Positions 1 to 8,207 are shown, numbered from the stretch's first letter. The stretch: 32,000 nt of DNA from Pseudodesulfovibrio piezophilus C1TLV30 (GCF_000341895.1 NC_020409.1:2370001-2402000); one strand, 5' to 3'. Notes: generated by a model from the letters alone, not told the origin. A program made the numbers and translations.

Positions 1-295
1 GGTTCGGAGCCATCGCACCGCCCAATTGAGACACGCCGGGGGCATCGCCGTTGTTGATGATGACACCCGAGCTACCGACATTGAAGTCGGTGAACATGTT
101 GTGGGACATGCCGTTAGCGCCCGGAGCAGCTATGTTGACCACGTCCACGCCGTTGGGGGCAGTATCCATGGTCGCTTGATTGGCGGCAGGTGCAGCGGCG
201 TCTGGGGTTATGCCCCCGGCGTGAACCATGGAGGGCGGGCAGAGAATGAGACTGATAAGGAAGGCGATGAAGAGCTGTTTGATGGATTCAAGCAT
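1..295 (-). CDS. Two-partner-secretion exoprotein (TpsA / filamentous haemagglutinin family), N-terminal fragment that runs off the window start
   Basis: My own minus-strand translation from ATG 295-293 gives MLESIKQLFIAFLISLILCPPSMVHAGGITPDAAAPAANQATMDTAPNGVDVVNIAAPGANGMSHNMFTDFNVGSSGVIINNGDAPGVSQLGG... This is a signal peptide followed by the TPS-domain signature (NGV.VVNIA.P...G.SHN.F..FNVG...VI.NN). It starts 15 nt after the tpsB stop. It is absent from the ORF track because it is open at the window edge. Confidence 0.75.
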   Translation of the reverse strand, partial: MLESIKQLFIAFLISLILCPPSMVHAGGITPDAAAPAANQATMDTAPNGVDVVNIAAPGANGMSHNMFTDFNVGSSGVIINNGDAPGVSQLGGAMAPN

Positions 296-310
296 GATGA
301 TTACTCGCAG

Positions 311-2050
311 CTAGAAGGAGTATTTGATGGAGGTGTAAATTTCGATGTCGTCTTTTTGCAAAAAGGCAGGCGCGTCGATGGGACGGGCTACGGCAAAGTC
401 CATGACCAGTCGTCCACCGCTGGTGCGCATACCGACCACCGCGCCCTGGAGCGAACCGCGCTCCTCCAAATCCTTGGGATCGGATCGAATGACGCCCGTG
501 TCGTATCCGGCATAAAACTGCATGGTGCCCAACCAGTCGGATGCAGTCGGCGATTTCTTTTTGATATTCGGCAGATTGAGCGTCAGTTCGTTGCGCATGT
601 ATGCGCCGATATCACCGCTCAGGCTGTCGTCATGAAAGCCCCGGACGGTGTAACGGCTGCCGATGCTGATCTGTTCTGCGCTGTAAAGGGTATGAGGAGC
701 CCACTGGCCAGTGACGGAGGTATTCCACGAAAGGTTGAGATCCTTGACTTTCAACGGGCGAAAGAAGCTGCCGTTGAACACAAACTTGTTGAACTCATTA
801 CGCGCGGTATCGAGTGAGGGAGATATATCCCGTTTAGCTCCCAAAAGAGGCAGGCCGTGGCTGTATCCCACCTGTGCGCTTGCTACACCGCCGAGTACTC
901 GGTGCGTATGTCCGAGGGTGGTCCCAATGGAGGTAAGAACCTGACTGGTAGCGACCAGTCGTCCGCTATTGAAGTAGTTCTGCGTATCCCGATGGGTGAG
1001 GGAGACATTCAGCGATGTTTTGCCGTTCTGATCACGGTGAAGCACACGATCAACGCTCAGGGATGTCGTCGTTGTGTCGCCTTCCGAGGGATAGTTAGCA
1101 CCGCCGCTGGTCACTTCCGTGCGGTATTTATAGTGGCTGAAAGATCCGGAGAAGGTCCAGTAGCCTAGTGGCACCGAGTAGAAGGCGTTGTAGGTGGCGC
1201 TCTTCTGATGCTCATCTGTCAGCCAAGAGTCTGAATCGCCGTTGATGGTGATGTTGAGCAGGTCATTAATGCCAAACAGATTGTCCTTAGCAAGGGCAAG
1301 GACATACTGATTGCGGCCGGTAGAATCCTGCCCCGTGTTATCCAGACCAAATGAGGCGCGCCAGGTCTTTTTACGCTCGTTGGAGACAACAACACGGCTG
1401 GCACCTTGCTCTCCACCAGGAAGCAACTCCATCGATGCATTGTTGGAAGGAAGGCGGTTGATCTGATCAAGCCCCTGTTCAATGTCTCTCAGGTTCAGAT
1501 ACTTTCCGGCCAGTCCTGGAAACGCGCCCTTGATCTCCCGCTGGCTGCCCTGCCCCTCTTTGAATTCGATCCCCTCGACCTTTCCCTCTACAACCATGAT
1601 TACCAGATGTCCGCTGGAGAGATCCTGCTCCGGAATGGCCGCACGGGTGGTGACATATTCCTTTTCCACATAGGCATTGGTGATGTCGTGGACGAGATTA
1701 TTGACGTCGTTAAGCGTCAGGCAACGGCCTATGTATTTGGCAGTAATAGCGTCGATCTCTTTTTGATCGAGAAGGGTTACGCCCGTAATTTCAATGGACT
1801 TGGTCTCCATACATGGAGCATCAGGAGCCGCCTCCGGGATCTCCGACAATCGTAAATCCTCGCCGGTGGGAGCTTTTTGCAGCTCTTCACGATGCTGCCG
1901 CTCCAATTCCAGCCTGCGCTGCTCCTCCTGCCGCTGAAGCTGTTGCTGTTGACGAATGGCGTCGTCGACAGGAGCAGCCCAAGCCATAGGGCAAACAATA
2001 AGAACAATCAGAACGGCAAACGTTGCCGTAGAACAGAGAAAACCGCGCAC
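311..2050 (-). CDS. TpsB outer-membrane transporter (ShlB/FhaC/HecB family haemolysin activation/secretion protein)
   Basis: The ORF spans 311..2068. It has a signal peptide (...CPMAWA/APVDD), a Q/E/R-rich linker, POTRA-like segments and a long beta-barrel ending in the aromatic ...IKYSF. It lies directly upstream of the TpsA gene. I placed the start at GTG 2050, 5 nt after a GGGGAGG SD (2056-2062), rather than at GTG 2068. Confidence 0.85.
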   Translation of the reverse strand: MRGFLCSTATFAVLIVLIVCPMAWAAPVDDAIRQQQQLQRQEEQRRLELERQHREELQKAPTGEDLRLSEIPEAAPDAPCMETKSIEITGVTLLDQKEIDAITAKYIGRCLTLNDVNNLVHDITNAYVEKEYVTTRAAIPEQDLSSGHLVIMVVEGKVEGIEFKEGQGSQREIKGAFPGLAGKYLNLRDIEQGLDQINRLPSNNASMELLPGGEQGASRVVVSNERKKTWRASFGLDNTGQDSTGRNQYVLALAKDNLFGINDLLNITINGDSDSWLTDEHQKSATYNAFYSVPLGYWTFSGSFSHYKYRTEVTSGGANYPSEGDTTTTSLSVDRVLHRDQNGKTSLNVSLTHRDTQNYFNSGRLVATSQVLTSIGTTLGHTHRVLGGVASAQVGYSHGLPLLGAKRDISPSLDTARNEFNKFVFNGSFFRPLKVKDLNLSWNTSVTGQWAPHTLYSAEQISIGSRYTVRGFHDDSLSGDIGAYMRNELTLNLPNIKKKSPTASDWLGTMQFYAGYDTGVIRSDPKDLEERGSLQGAVVGMRTSGGRLVMDFAVARPIDAPAFLQKDDIEIYTSIKYSF

Positions 2051-2577
2051 CAGCACCTCCCCGAGCACACAGGAAAAGACCTGTGTTCAACACACAATCG
2101 TCGAATCAAAAGCACGTGAGAGGAAGTGGAAGCTGTGACAACGCTCCGCTCGGCAACCCGGCTGTCTCCCGCAAGAGACCCGTGGCTTTCCGTCTCCACC
2201 TCACGATGGATTTGGTTTTTATCGATAAATCAGTTGGTTGGAGCTCCACCCCTGGAATGCCCGCCCAATGAATCATTTGGTGCCTAACAGTTGTTTAACA
2301 AACTGGCAAATTGATATTTATCGGTGGTTTAATGTTAACTCATAGATTAGGGGGAATATATTTTGCGCTAGAGCTATATGCAAACAGTGAATTGTCGGCG
2401 GGAGCATCCCAATCCTTCGCAGGCCAAACTTGCCCTCCAAATTTAAAAAGCCGCATCCGACCTGCTCTCATTTGCGCAGGTCAAGAACGGCTTGAATTAA
2501 CAACTTTATTACTTGCTAAAGAACTTTAATACTCACTTAAAAACTATATTACTCACCCACACTTGTGAGACCAAAAA

Positions 2578-2606
2578 ATCCCCGTCCGGACGGGCCGGGC
2601 GGGGAT
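2578..2606. terminator. Bidirectional rho-independent terminator downstream of the PaaK-like gene
   Basis: A 12-bp GC-rich stem (ATCCCCGTCCGG / CCGGGCGGGGAT) is flanked by an A-run (2573-2578) and a T-run (2609-2613). It lies 24 nt past the stop at 2630. Confidence 0.6.
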
Positions 2607-2629
2607 GATTTTTGGGGGAGCCTGAGCGG

Positions 2630-3895
2630 TTAATCCCAGGTGCGTTTGTCTTCGATCGGGCGGATTTGCGGGGGCAGGGTTCCGGGAGCGAGGACTTTGA
2701 GGATGGGGCGCAGTTTGATTTTCTCGCGGAAGAGGTGGAGCATTTCATCTTCCTGATGGAATTGTCCAGCCTCGATGGAGAGGATCATTTCGTCAATACC
2801 ACCTGGGTTGGTGACTTCGATCTGCCAGCGTTTGACTTCCTCAAAGCGGGCCATGACCTGCTCGACCTGGTGGGGGTAGACGAACATACCTTTGATGCGT
2901 GCCGTGGTATCGACCCGGCCGACAATGCCGCCAAGGCGTGGGGACGTTCGGCCACAGCTACATGGCGCGCGATTCAGGTAGCCAAGGTCGCCCGTGGCGA
3001 GCCTGATGAGTGGATATGTTTTGTTGAATGCGGTTACCACGATTTCGCCGACCTCGCCATCCTTGAGCGGGATACCGGTATCCGGATGGCAGATTTCAAC
3101 AAAGGCGCGGTTGGAGAGATGCAGGCCGTCTTTGTGGAAGCATTCGTATCCGATACAGCCGACATCTGCGGTGCCGTATCCCTGTCGCATGATGCAGTCG
3201 AATTTCTTTTCGAGCGTAGAGCGCAATTTTTCAGAGAACTTTTCGCCAGTCACGAAAGCGACTTCAAGGAAGAGGTCCTTGCGCAGGGAAAGGCCCATTT
3301 CCTCGGCTTTTTGGGCCAGGTGCATGAGGTAGCTGGGGGTGCCGACATAGCCGGTCACGCGCAGTTTCTGCATGATTTCAATCTGGGAGTTGGTATTGCC
3401 CGGTCCGGCAGGAACGACGGCGCAGGCCAGATTGCGCAGTGGCTCTTCAAACATGAGTCCCGCAGGAGCAAGGTGGTAGTTGAAGGTGATCTGGGAAAGG
3501 TCGCCGGAGCGGAATCCTGCTGCGTAGAAACCCTCTGTCCAGCCCCAATAGTCCTCAGTGCGATCTTCGGGATCGAAGATGGGACCGGGGGAAAGGAACA
3601 CTCGCTGAAGCTCTCCAAGATCCTTGGTGAGCAATCCGCCGAGACGAGGGCCCATGGATTGGAGGAAGATCAGTTCTTTTTTCTTGATAATGGGGATGTG
3701 TTTGATATCGTTCAGTGTGCGGAATTTTTCCACATTGAACTGCGCGCGGTCAAAGCGCTTCTTGACGTCTTCGGAATACCTGTACGCGTATGCAAGCAGT
3801 TCCTTGAGCTGAAGCTGGCAGTACTGTCTGCGTTCCGATTCGTCGAGTACTTCGCGTCGGGAATAAATTCCTTCAGTACGATCTTTTCTTGTCAT
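2630..3895 (-). CDS. Phenylacetate-CoA ligase (PaaK / coenzyme F390 synthetase) family adenylate-forming enzyme
   Basis: The 421-aa ORF is collinear with PaaK as I recall it (…GDLSQITFNYHLAPAGL…VVPAGPGNTNSQIEIMQKL…YVGTPSYLMHLAQKAEEMGL…GYGTADVG…). The position of the usual S-S-G-T-T-G P-loop reads LSPGPIF, so it may be a divergent subfamily. Confidence 0.75.
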   Translation of the reverse strand: MTRKDRTEGIYSRREVLDESERRQYCQLQLKELLAYAYRYSEDVKKRFDRAQFNVEKFRTLNDIKHIPIIKKKELIFLQSMGPRLGGLLTKDLGELQRVFLSPGPIFDPEDRTEDYWGWTEGFYAAGFRSGDLSQITFNYHLAPAGLMFEEPLRNLACAVVPAGPGNTNSQIEIMQKLRVTGYVGTPSYLMHLAQKAEEMGLSLRKDLFLEVAFVTGEKFSEKLRSTLEKKFDCIMRQGYGTADVGCIGYECFHKDGLHLSNRAFVEICHPDTGIPLKDGEVGEIVVTAFNKTYPLIRLATGDLGYLNRAPCSCGRTSPRLGGIVGRVDTTARIKGMFVYPHQVEQVMARFEEVKRWQIEVTNPGGIDEMILSIEAGQFHQEDEMLHLFREKIKLRPILKVLAPGTLPPQIRPIEDKRTWD

Positions 3896-3941
3896 ATTCT
3901 TACTCCTGTGTGGATATTTTCATTTTTTCGACAGGCCCGGG

Positions 3942-3969
3942 ACTATACCATTTGGGAAGTATTTTGCAA
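3942..3969 (-). promoter_or_regulatory. Putative sigma70 promoter of the PaaK-like gene
   Basis: On the minus strand the sequence reads TTGCAA (3969-3964), a 16-nt spacer, then TATAGT (3947-3942). It lies about 45 nt upstream of the ATG at 3895. Confidence 0.4.
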
Positions 3970-4043
3970 GAAAAAAATGATAAAATGTTTGATATCAGTG
4001 AGTTGAACGAATAAAAAAGAATACGGTGGTTTAAAATTTATGC

Positions 4044-4072
4044 TTGACACCGAATGAGCAAATGGATAGACA
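4044..4072 (+). promoter_or_regulatory. Possible promoter of the tRNA-Lys/tRNA-Glu pair
   Basis: A perfect TTGACA (4044-4049) is followed by a 17-nt spacer and a weak -10 TAGACA (4067-4072). An AT-rich stretch lies upstream, and tRNA-Lys starts at 4089. Confidence 0.3.
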
Positions 4073-4088
4073 TACGCTCCTTGAACGC

Positions 4089-4164
4089 GGGTCGTTAACT
4101 CAGTTGGTAGAGTATCTGACTTTTAATCAGAGAGTCACTGGTTCGAACCCAGTACGACCCACCA
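4089..4164 (+). tRNA. tRNA-Lys (anticodon UUU), CCA encoded
   Basis: I folded the cloverleaf by hand: acceptor GGGTCGT/ACGACCC, D arm ACTC/GAGT, anticodon stem TCTGA/TCAGA with loop CTTTTAA, T arm ACTGG-TTCGAAC-CCAGT. Length is 76 nt. Confidence 0.95.
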
Positions 4165-4168
4165 TCGC

Positions 4169-4244
4169 GTCCCCATCGTCTAGTGGTCTAGGACTCTGGC
4201 CTCTCACGCCGGCAACAGGGGTTCAAACCCCCTTGGGGACGCCA
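4169..4244 (+). tRNA. tRNA-Glu (anticodon CUC), CCA encoded; integration target of the island
   Basis: The fold is acceptor GTCCCCA/TGGGGAC, anticodon stem CTGGC/GCCGG with loop CTCTCAC (U33, anticodon CTC, A37), and T arm AGGGG-TTCAAAC-CCCCT. Length is 76 nt. Its 3' 44 nt are repeated at 29486-29529. Confidence 0.9.
4201..4244 (+). repeat. Left att core (3' 44 nt of tRNA-Glu)
   Basis: Identical to 29486-29529. Identity stops 1 nt upstream (C versus T). Confidence 0.9.
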
Positions 4245-4282
4245 TGAATTTCAAGCGGTTAGAGAACGTTTGTTTCTGCCGC

Positions 4283-4321
4283 GTCAGAACGGAAACGGTT
4301 TCGGAAACGGTTTGTTCTGAC
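4283..4321. promoter_or_regulatory. Candidate integrase/Xis arm-type binding sites (left arm)
   Basis: The sequence is GTCAGAAC-GGAAACGGTTTCGGAAACGGTTT-GTTCTGAC. An 8-bp inverted repeat brackets two tandem GAAACGGTTT(C) units. Nearly the same tandem, GGAAACGGTTTCGGGAACGGTTT, occurs at 29393-29416 inside the other island end. Confidence 0.45.
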
Positions 4322-4331
4322 TTCCATATTT

Positions 4332-4364
4332 AAACCGCCCTTAGCTAATCGCTTTGGGCGGTTT
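4332..4364 (-). terminator. Possible terminator hairpin overlapping the integrase 3' end
   Basis: The stem is AAACCGCCC ... GGGCGGTTT (9 bp), followed on the minus strand by TTTAAATAT. Confidence 0.35.
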
Positions 4365-5439
4365 TCATTTTGATCACTTTCCCCCCTCTTCCGCTTAAAG
4401 ACTCCAAAGCGGATCGTGTCTCTTCAAGTCCCAAGGTTTTCAGATACCTCTCGGTCGTGCTTGCACTCTTGTGGCGCAGGATCGCCTGAATGACGCTAAC
4501 AGGATGACCGAGCCTGAAAAGGATGGAAGCTGTCAGGTGTCTTATCCCGTGGAAACCGAAGGGTTTTACCTCGGCTTTTCTGCACAGTCTTTCCATGAAC
4601 TTTTGGCGATACCGAAAAGGGTTGCCAAAATGGCCACGGCAAAACTTGTAGTCTTCTTCGCAAACGAAGACATACGCACTTTCTTTGAACGTGCGATTTT
4701 CCCACCACCAAAGAAGCTCTTTCTTCAGCTCTTCAGTCATAGGAAGCCAGTCATACTCTAGCGTTCCTCCTTGTCTCTTTCTGGTTGCGAGGCGAATACG
4801 ATTGCTTCCGAAATCAATGTCTTCCCAAGCCAAGCGGAACACCTCTCCTCTTCTGGCTCCCAGATGGAGGAAGACGGTGAGCATGACTTTATCCTGTCCA
4901 GAAGTCAGATGGTATATTTTCCAAAAGTCTTCTTCTGGCGGGACATACCTTGGAGTTCTTACTTCAGGGAACTTGTCTACTAGGCAGGGGTTGGGTTGAG
5001 GCATGCCGCGATAGCGTATTCCCCAATTCCAAGCCGCCACTAAATTCTTTCTATCCTTATTGGCTGCATAGCCGGATCTGGCTTCATATTGAACTTGAAG
5101 CACATTCAAAACAATGCCTGATGTCAATCTCTCCACTGGGGCAGCGGGATCTATCATAGGCTTTCCTTTGCTGTTTTTTACGCCAAAAAATTCCTTGAAC
5201 GTCTTTCTTTTTTCTCCGTAGGTTTTTGTTGAGAACTTACGAGCAAAGTCCATATAATCCTGAGTCCATTCACCCAGTGAATAGGCCGTGTCTGTCTTTG
5301 ACCAGTCCACCTGCCTTTGTTTGGTTTCCCAAGCGAGAGCGTCCGTTTTTGTGTCGAACAGCTTCGTCTTGATTTCTCCTTGCTTTTGAACCCTCCCTTT
5401 CCAACGAATTCGCCCATTCCTCTTGATTTTTGAGGGCAT
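4345..5439 (-). CDS. int: Tyrosine recombinase / phage-type integrase
   Basis: The 364-aa ORF has a strong SD (AAGGAGG). An N-terminal arm-binding-like segment reads GRIRWKGRVQKQGEIKTKLFDTKTDALAWE. The catalytic signature is LGARRGE ... HGIRHL ... LRHKSASTTERYL (R, HxxR, H, Y). It is adjacent to the tRNA att site. Confidence 0.95.
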   Translation of the reverse strand: MPSKIKRNGRIRWKGRVQKQGEIKTKLFDTKTDALAWETKQRQVDWSKTDTAYSLGEWTQDYMDFARKFSTKTYGEKRKTFKEFFGVKNSKGKPMIDPAAPVERLTSGIVLNVLQVQYEARSGYAANKDRKNLVAAWNWGIRYRGMPQPNPCLVDKFPEVRTPRYVPPEEDFWKIYHLTSGQDKVMLTVFLHLGARRGEVFRLAWEDIDFGSNRIRLATRKRQGGTLEYDWLPMTEELKKELLWWWENRTFKESAYVFVCEEDYKFCRGHFGNPFRYRQKFMERLCRKAEVKPFGFHGIRHLTASILFRLGHPVSVIQAILRHKSASTTERYLKTLGLEETRSALESLSGRGGKVIKMKTAQSD

Positions 5440-5629
5440 TATTCCTCCTTAGAGCATCAACCACATTTCTTTCAAAGAATAGGATGCGCCCTTTGGGGCC
5501 TGTGGGCTGAATTCCACCGAGCTTTTCAAAGTGCTTTCGCACCGTTTCTTTATCAAGCCCCAGGAAGCTTGCGACCTCTTTGGTCGAAAGTCTCTTCCCA
5601 AGTTCTTGACTCAAAATATCGAATGTCAT
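5270..5629 (-). CDS. xis: Excisionase / AlpA-like helix-turn-helix protein (3' end uncertain)
   Basis: An SD (GGAGAAGG) precedes the ATG at 5629. The N-terminal 60 aa, LSTKEVASFLGLDKETVRKHFEKLGGIQP..GRILFFERNVVDAL, resemble the excisionase-type HTH. The ORF continues 170 nt out of frame into the integrase gene. Confidence 0.6.
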   Translation of the reverse strand: MTFDILSQELGKRLSTKEVASFLGLDKETVRKHFEKLGGIQPTGPKGRILFFERNVVDALRRNNALKNQEEWANSLEREGSKARRNQDEAVRHKNGRSRLGNQTKAGGLVKDRHGLFTG

Positions 5630-5722
5630 TAGCCTTCTCCCACAGTTGATGCTGTTTACTCAGAGAAGGGCGACAAAATCTGTCGCACAACGACAGTGTA
5701 CTTTTTTAGTCCAATGAGAAAC

Positions 5723-6312
5723 CCCCCAGCTCTGCTGGGGGACCAGTAAAGTTTGACTTATGCGGGAGTAATATAAAGCCTCTCCTTGTGAGCTGCTCAG
5801 AGTGAGCAGAGGAGAGGCTCTATGAAGTGCAATTCAAGCCTATGCCATACAAAATGGGACTGCAAGTATCATGTTGTGTGGATACCGAAATGTCGGCGTA
5901 AGGTATTGTTTGGCAAGTTGAAAAACTACTTGGGCGAGGTGTTCCACAAGCTCGCACGTCAACGTGAATGTATGATTTTGGAAGGGCATTTATGCATTGA
6001 TCATGTGCATATGTACATCGCCATTCCTCCCAAATACTCTGTGGCACAAGTAGTTGGTTATATAAAAGGTAAGAGCGCAATACACATAGCGCGTGAAGTC
6101 CAAAATCGCGCAAGGGGATTTGCAGGGCAAAGCTTCTGGGCGCGTGGTTACTATGTGACCACGGTTGGACGAGACGAAAAGGTAATAAGGGAATACATCC
6201 GCAAACAAGAACATGAAGACAAGCGGGTGGAGCAGTTGAAATTCCGCCTTTAGGCGGTTCTTAAAGCCACTTTGAGTGGCTCACAAGCTCAAGCCCCCGG
6301 CTTTGCCGGGGG
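5723..6312 (+). mobile_element. IS200/IS605-family insertion sequence (tnpA only)
   Basis: Related subterminal hairpins lie at both ends: CCCCCAGC-TCT-GCTGGGGG (5723-5741) and CCCCCGGC-TTT-GCCGGGGG (6294-6312). A long hairpin at 5778-5818 lies just before the tnpA start, as in IS200. The exact ends were not determined. Confidence 0.7.
5822..6253 (+). CDS. tnpA: IS200/IS605 family Y1 (HUH) transposase TnpA
   Basis: The 143-aa ORF carries WDCKYHVVWIPKCRRKVL, the HUH motif in IDHVHMYIAIPPKYS, and the catalytic Tyr region FWARGYYVTTVG. Confidence 0.9.
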   Translation: MKCNSSLCHTKWDCKYHVVWIPKCRRKVLFGKLKNYLGEVFHKLARQRECMILEGHLCIDHVHMYIAIPPKYSVAQVVGYIKGKSAIHIAREVQNRARGFAGQSFWARGYYVTTVGRDEKVIREYIRKQEHEDKRVEQLKFRL

Positions 6313-6347
6313 TGTTATGACTTCTTGAGCATGAGGTTCTTTCTGAT

Positions 6348-7814
6348 ATGAATGAAGATAATAATTTGATTTTAAGAGAAATATTGCAAGGCAGAACCGC
6401 CTGGATTCAACAGCAATTTGTCGCTAATTTTTTGCAGGGGCATATTGCGGGGTTCAATCCCAAGACGGGGCTGACTGTAAATCGGATGTATACTCACGCG
6501 AAGCCGGAATTTTCCTGCTCATATATCGAGGCGTATCTTCACAAGCCAATTGTTAGACTTGCGGCAACGCCAATGGCTGAGCCCGCCGTGATAGGGAATT
6601 ATGAGCAGGTACGTCCCGACTATGCAAAAGCCCAATCGAGGAGGCTGCAACAAGGAGCCCCTCTAAAGGGGCAAGTCCTTCTGAGGGAGCCGCCTAGAAG
6701 TTATAATCAGTACGGGAAATGCAGAATAGACTTTGGGATCGGCGTCGAGTTCCCTGTCTTATTTTTTGAATTAGATAGTCGAAAAACAAAAGCAATCAAG
6801 GCTATAAAGAGTGGAGAAAGTGTTGTCTTAACATATCCATATAAACGGATAGGATATTTCACGAAGCAGGCAGAAGCGACGGTCCTCGTCACTAATGATC
6901 CATACATGGGCATTATCGTCTCTATGGAGTGTGAAAAACGCTATTTCCGTGGAGTTAACAAGGCCTTGCTAAATGCAGCGAAGCAGTTCGCCCAACAGAA
7001 TGGGCTCAGCCTTGGATATGAAGAAAGGCACATTCTTTTTGAGGAGCTTGTGTTTGCATATTCGCTTCATGCGAATGATGGGTTTGCAGGGTACTCATCG
7101 CCTACCGAATACACTCACATACAACAGGGGGTTCGTGCATATTTGTATGACTTCATCCTAAATCTGCTCTTTGACAAAGAAGAGGCAGTTGGTCTGTTGA
7201 AAGTGCTTGAGGACAACGGTAAAGCCGAGCCCACCTATGCTCCTCCGAGCAACAATCTCTTTATTAGAAAAAATGGGCAGTGCAGAATCAAGTATCAAGG
7301 TGAAGAAATTACCACTAAAGATTATAGCGGCATGGACTACCTTCAAACAATTCTAAACTCCCAGGATAAAATGACATATCTTGAGATAATGCAATCGACA
7401 AGGGTAGTGGATTTAGTGGCAATTAAATCGGAACGTCACTTGTCTGACCATGAGAGTGAGGCTGTATCATTTGAGTCGTACACCGAAAAAATTGAAGAGC
7501 TGCAAGAAGACTATTTATGTGCAAAGGATAAGGGCGACTTCCAAGAGATGGATGCTATTGAAATAGAAATCGAAAACTTCACAAAGATAGTAGAAGAAAA
7601 CAAGCACGATGTCGCTGTACGAAACTCGCAGCTTAAAAAGATTAGAGACGCTGTGGCGGTAGCAATGGAGAGATGTGAAGAAAGGATTGAAGTCCTAAAT
7701 CCACAGCTTGGCACCCACCTGCGCGAAAGCCTCGTTAAGATTACCACGCCTGGGAGCAGAGTGGTTAGGATTGCATACAGACCTAAACAGCCGACAAAAT
7801 GGGAAAAGGGGTAG
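6348..7814 (+). CDS. Hypothetical protein, 488 aa, C-terminal acidic coiled-coil-like region
   Basis: A long ORF in a low-GC block with no opposing ORF of comparable length. I recognise no motif. It begins 36 nt after the IS right-end hairpin. Confidence 0.6.
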   Translation: MNEDNNLILREILQGRTAWIQQQFVANFLQGHIAGFNPKTGLTVNRMYTHAKPEFSCSYIEAYLHKPIVRLAATPMAEPAVIGNYEQVRPDYAKAQSRRLQQGAPLKGQVLLREPPRSYNQYGKCRIDFGIGVEFPVLFFELDSRKTKAIKAIKSGESVVLTYPYKRIGYFTKQAEATVLVTNDPYMGIIVSMECEKRYFRGVNKALLNAAKQFAQQNGLSLGYEERHILFEELVFAYSLHANDGFAGYSSPTEYTHIQQGVRAYLYDFILNLLFDKEEAVGLLKVLEDNGKAEPTYAPPSNNLFIRKNGQCRIKYQGEEITTKDYSGMDYLQTILNSQDKMTYLEIMQSTRVVDLVAIKSERHLSDHESEAVSFESYTEKIEELQEDYLCAKDKGDFQEMDAIEIEIENFTKIVEENKHDVAVRNSQLKKIRDAVAVAMERCEERIEVLNPQLGTHLRESLVKITTPGSRVVRIAYRPKQPTKWEKG

Positions 7815-7969
7815 CTCAAAATATCGGACCACCCTAGGTAAATTTTACCTGGCATACAGGCTATTGCCGCAACCTGCTTGCAGATGGATTAATTGACATC
7901 CTTTCTTATTTTATTCTGATGAGTGCATTTTTAACCACATTGGGCAAACCAAACGGTCTGCGTACTAGC

Positions 7970-7999
7970 AAGAGCCGCAAGCATGCGCTTGCAGCTCTT
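7970..7999. terminator. Hairpin between convergent genes (probable terminator)
   Basis: The stem is AAGAGC(C)GCAAGC-ATGC-GCTTGC(A)GCTCTT, followed on the plus strand by TTCTTT. It lies 4 nt beyond the stop of the minus-strand microprotein gene. Confidence 0.5.
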
Positions 8000-8003
8000 T
8001 TCT

Positions 8004-8192
8004 TTACGAAGCCCGAACGGTCAGCTTACCGTCGTCGTCCGTTTCTTCTTCGGTTTCATCCTCAACCTCTTCCATTTCGTCCTCATCGGTCTCAATAGAA
8101 CGCGGATTGTCATCCTCGTCCATAGCAAAGACGCCGGTAACTGCCAGTATGCCCACAGCCACTCCGCCGATAAAAGTCCAGAATTCTCTCAC
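8004..8192 (-). CDS. Membrane microprotein with a highly acidic C-terminal tail (62 aa)
   Basis: GTG start lies 6 nt after an AAGGAG SD (8199-8204). One TM helix (FWTFIGGVAVGILAVTGVFA) is followed by DEDDNPRSIETDEDEMEEVEDETEEETDDD. It is the last gene of the AAA+/vWA operon. Confidence 0.55.
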   Translation of the reverse strand: MREFWTFIGGVAVGILAVTGVFAMDEDDNPRSIETDEDEMEEVEDETEEETDDDGKLTVRAS

Positions 8193-8207
8193 GTTTTTCT
8201 CCTTGGT

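Noticed and set aside
26-817. 263-aa ORF on the plus strand at the window start
   Set aside because: It overlaps the TpsA N-terminus and TpsB C-terminus on the opposite strand. Both of those show strong family signatures, so this is a shadow ORF.
2612-4006. 464-aa ORF on the plus strand
   Set aside because: It is fully antisense to the PaaK-like gene, whose translation has clear family similarity. The plus-strand product is low-complexity, has no motifs and has no SD. It is a typical shadow ORF in GC-rich coding DNA.
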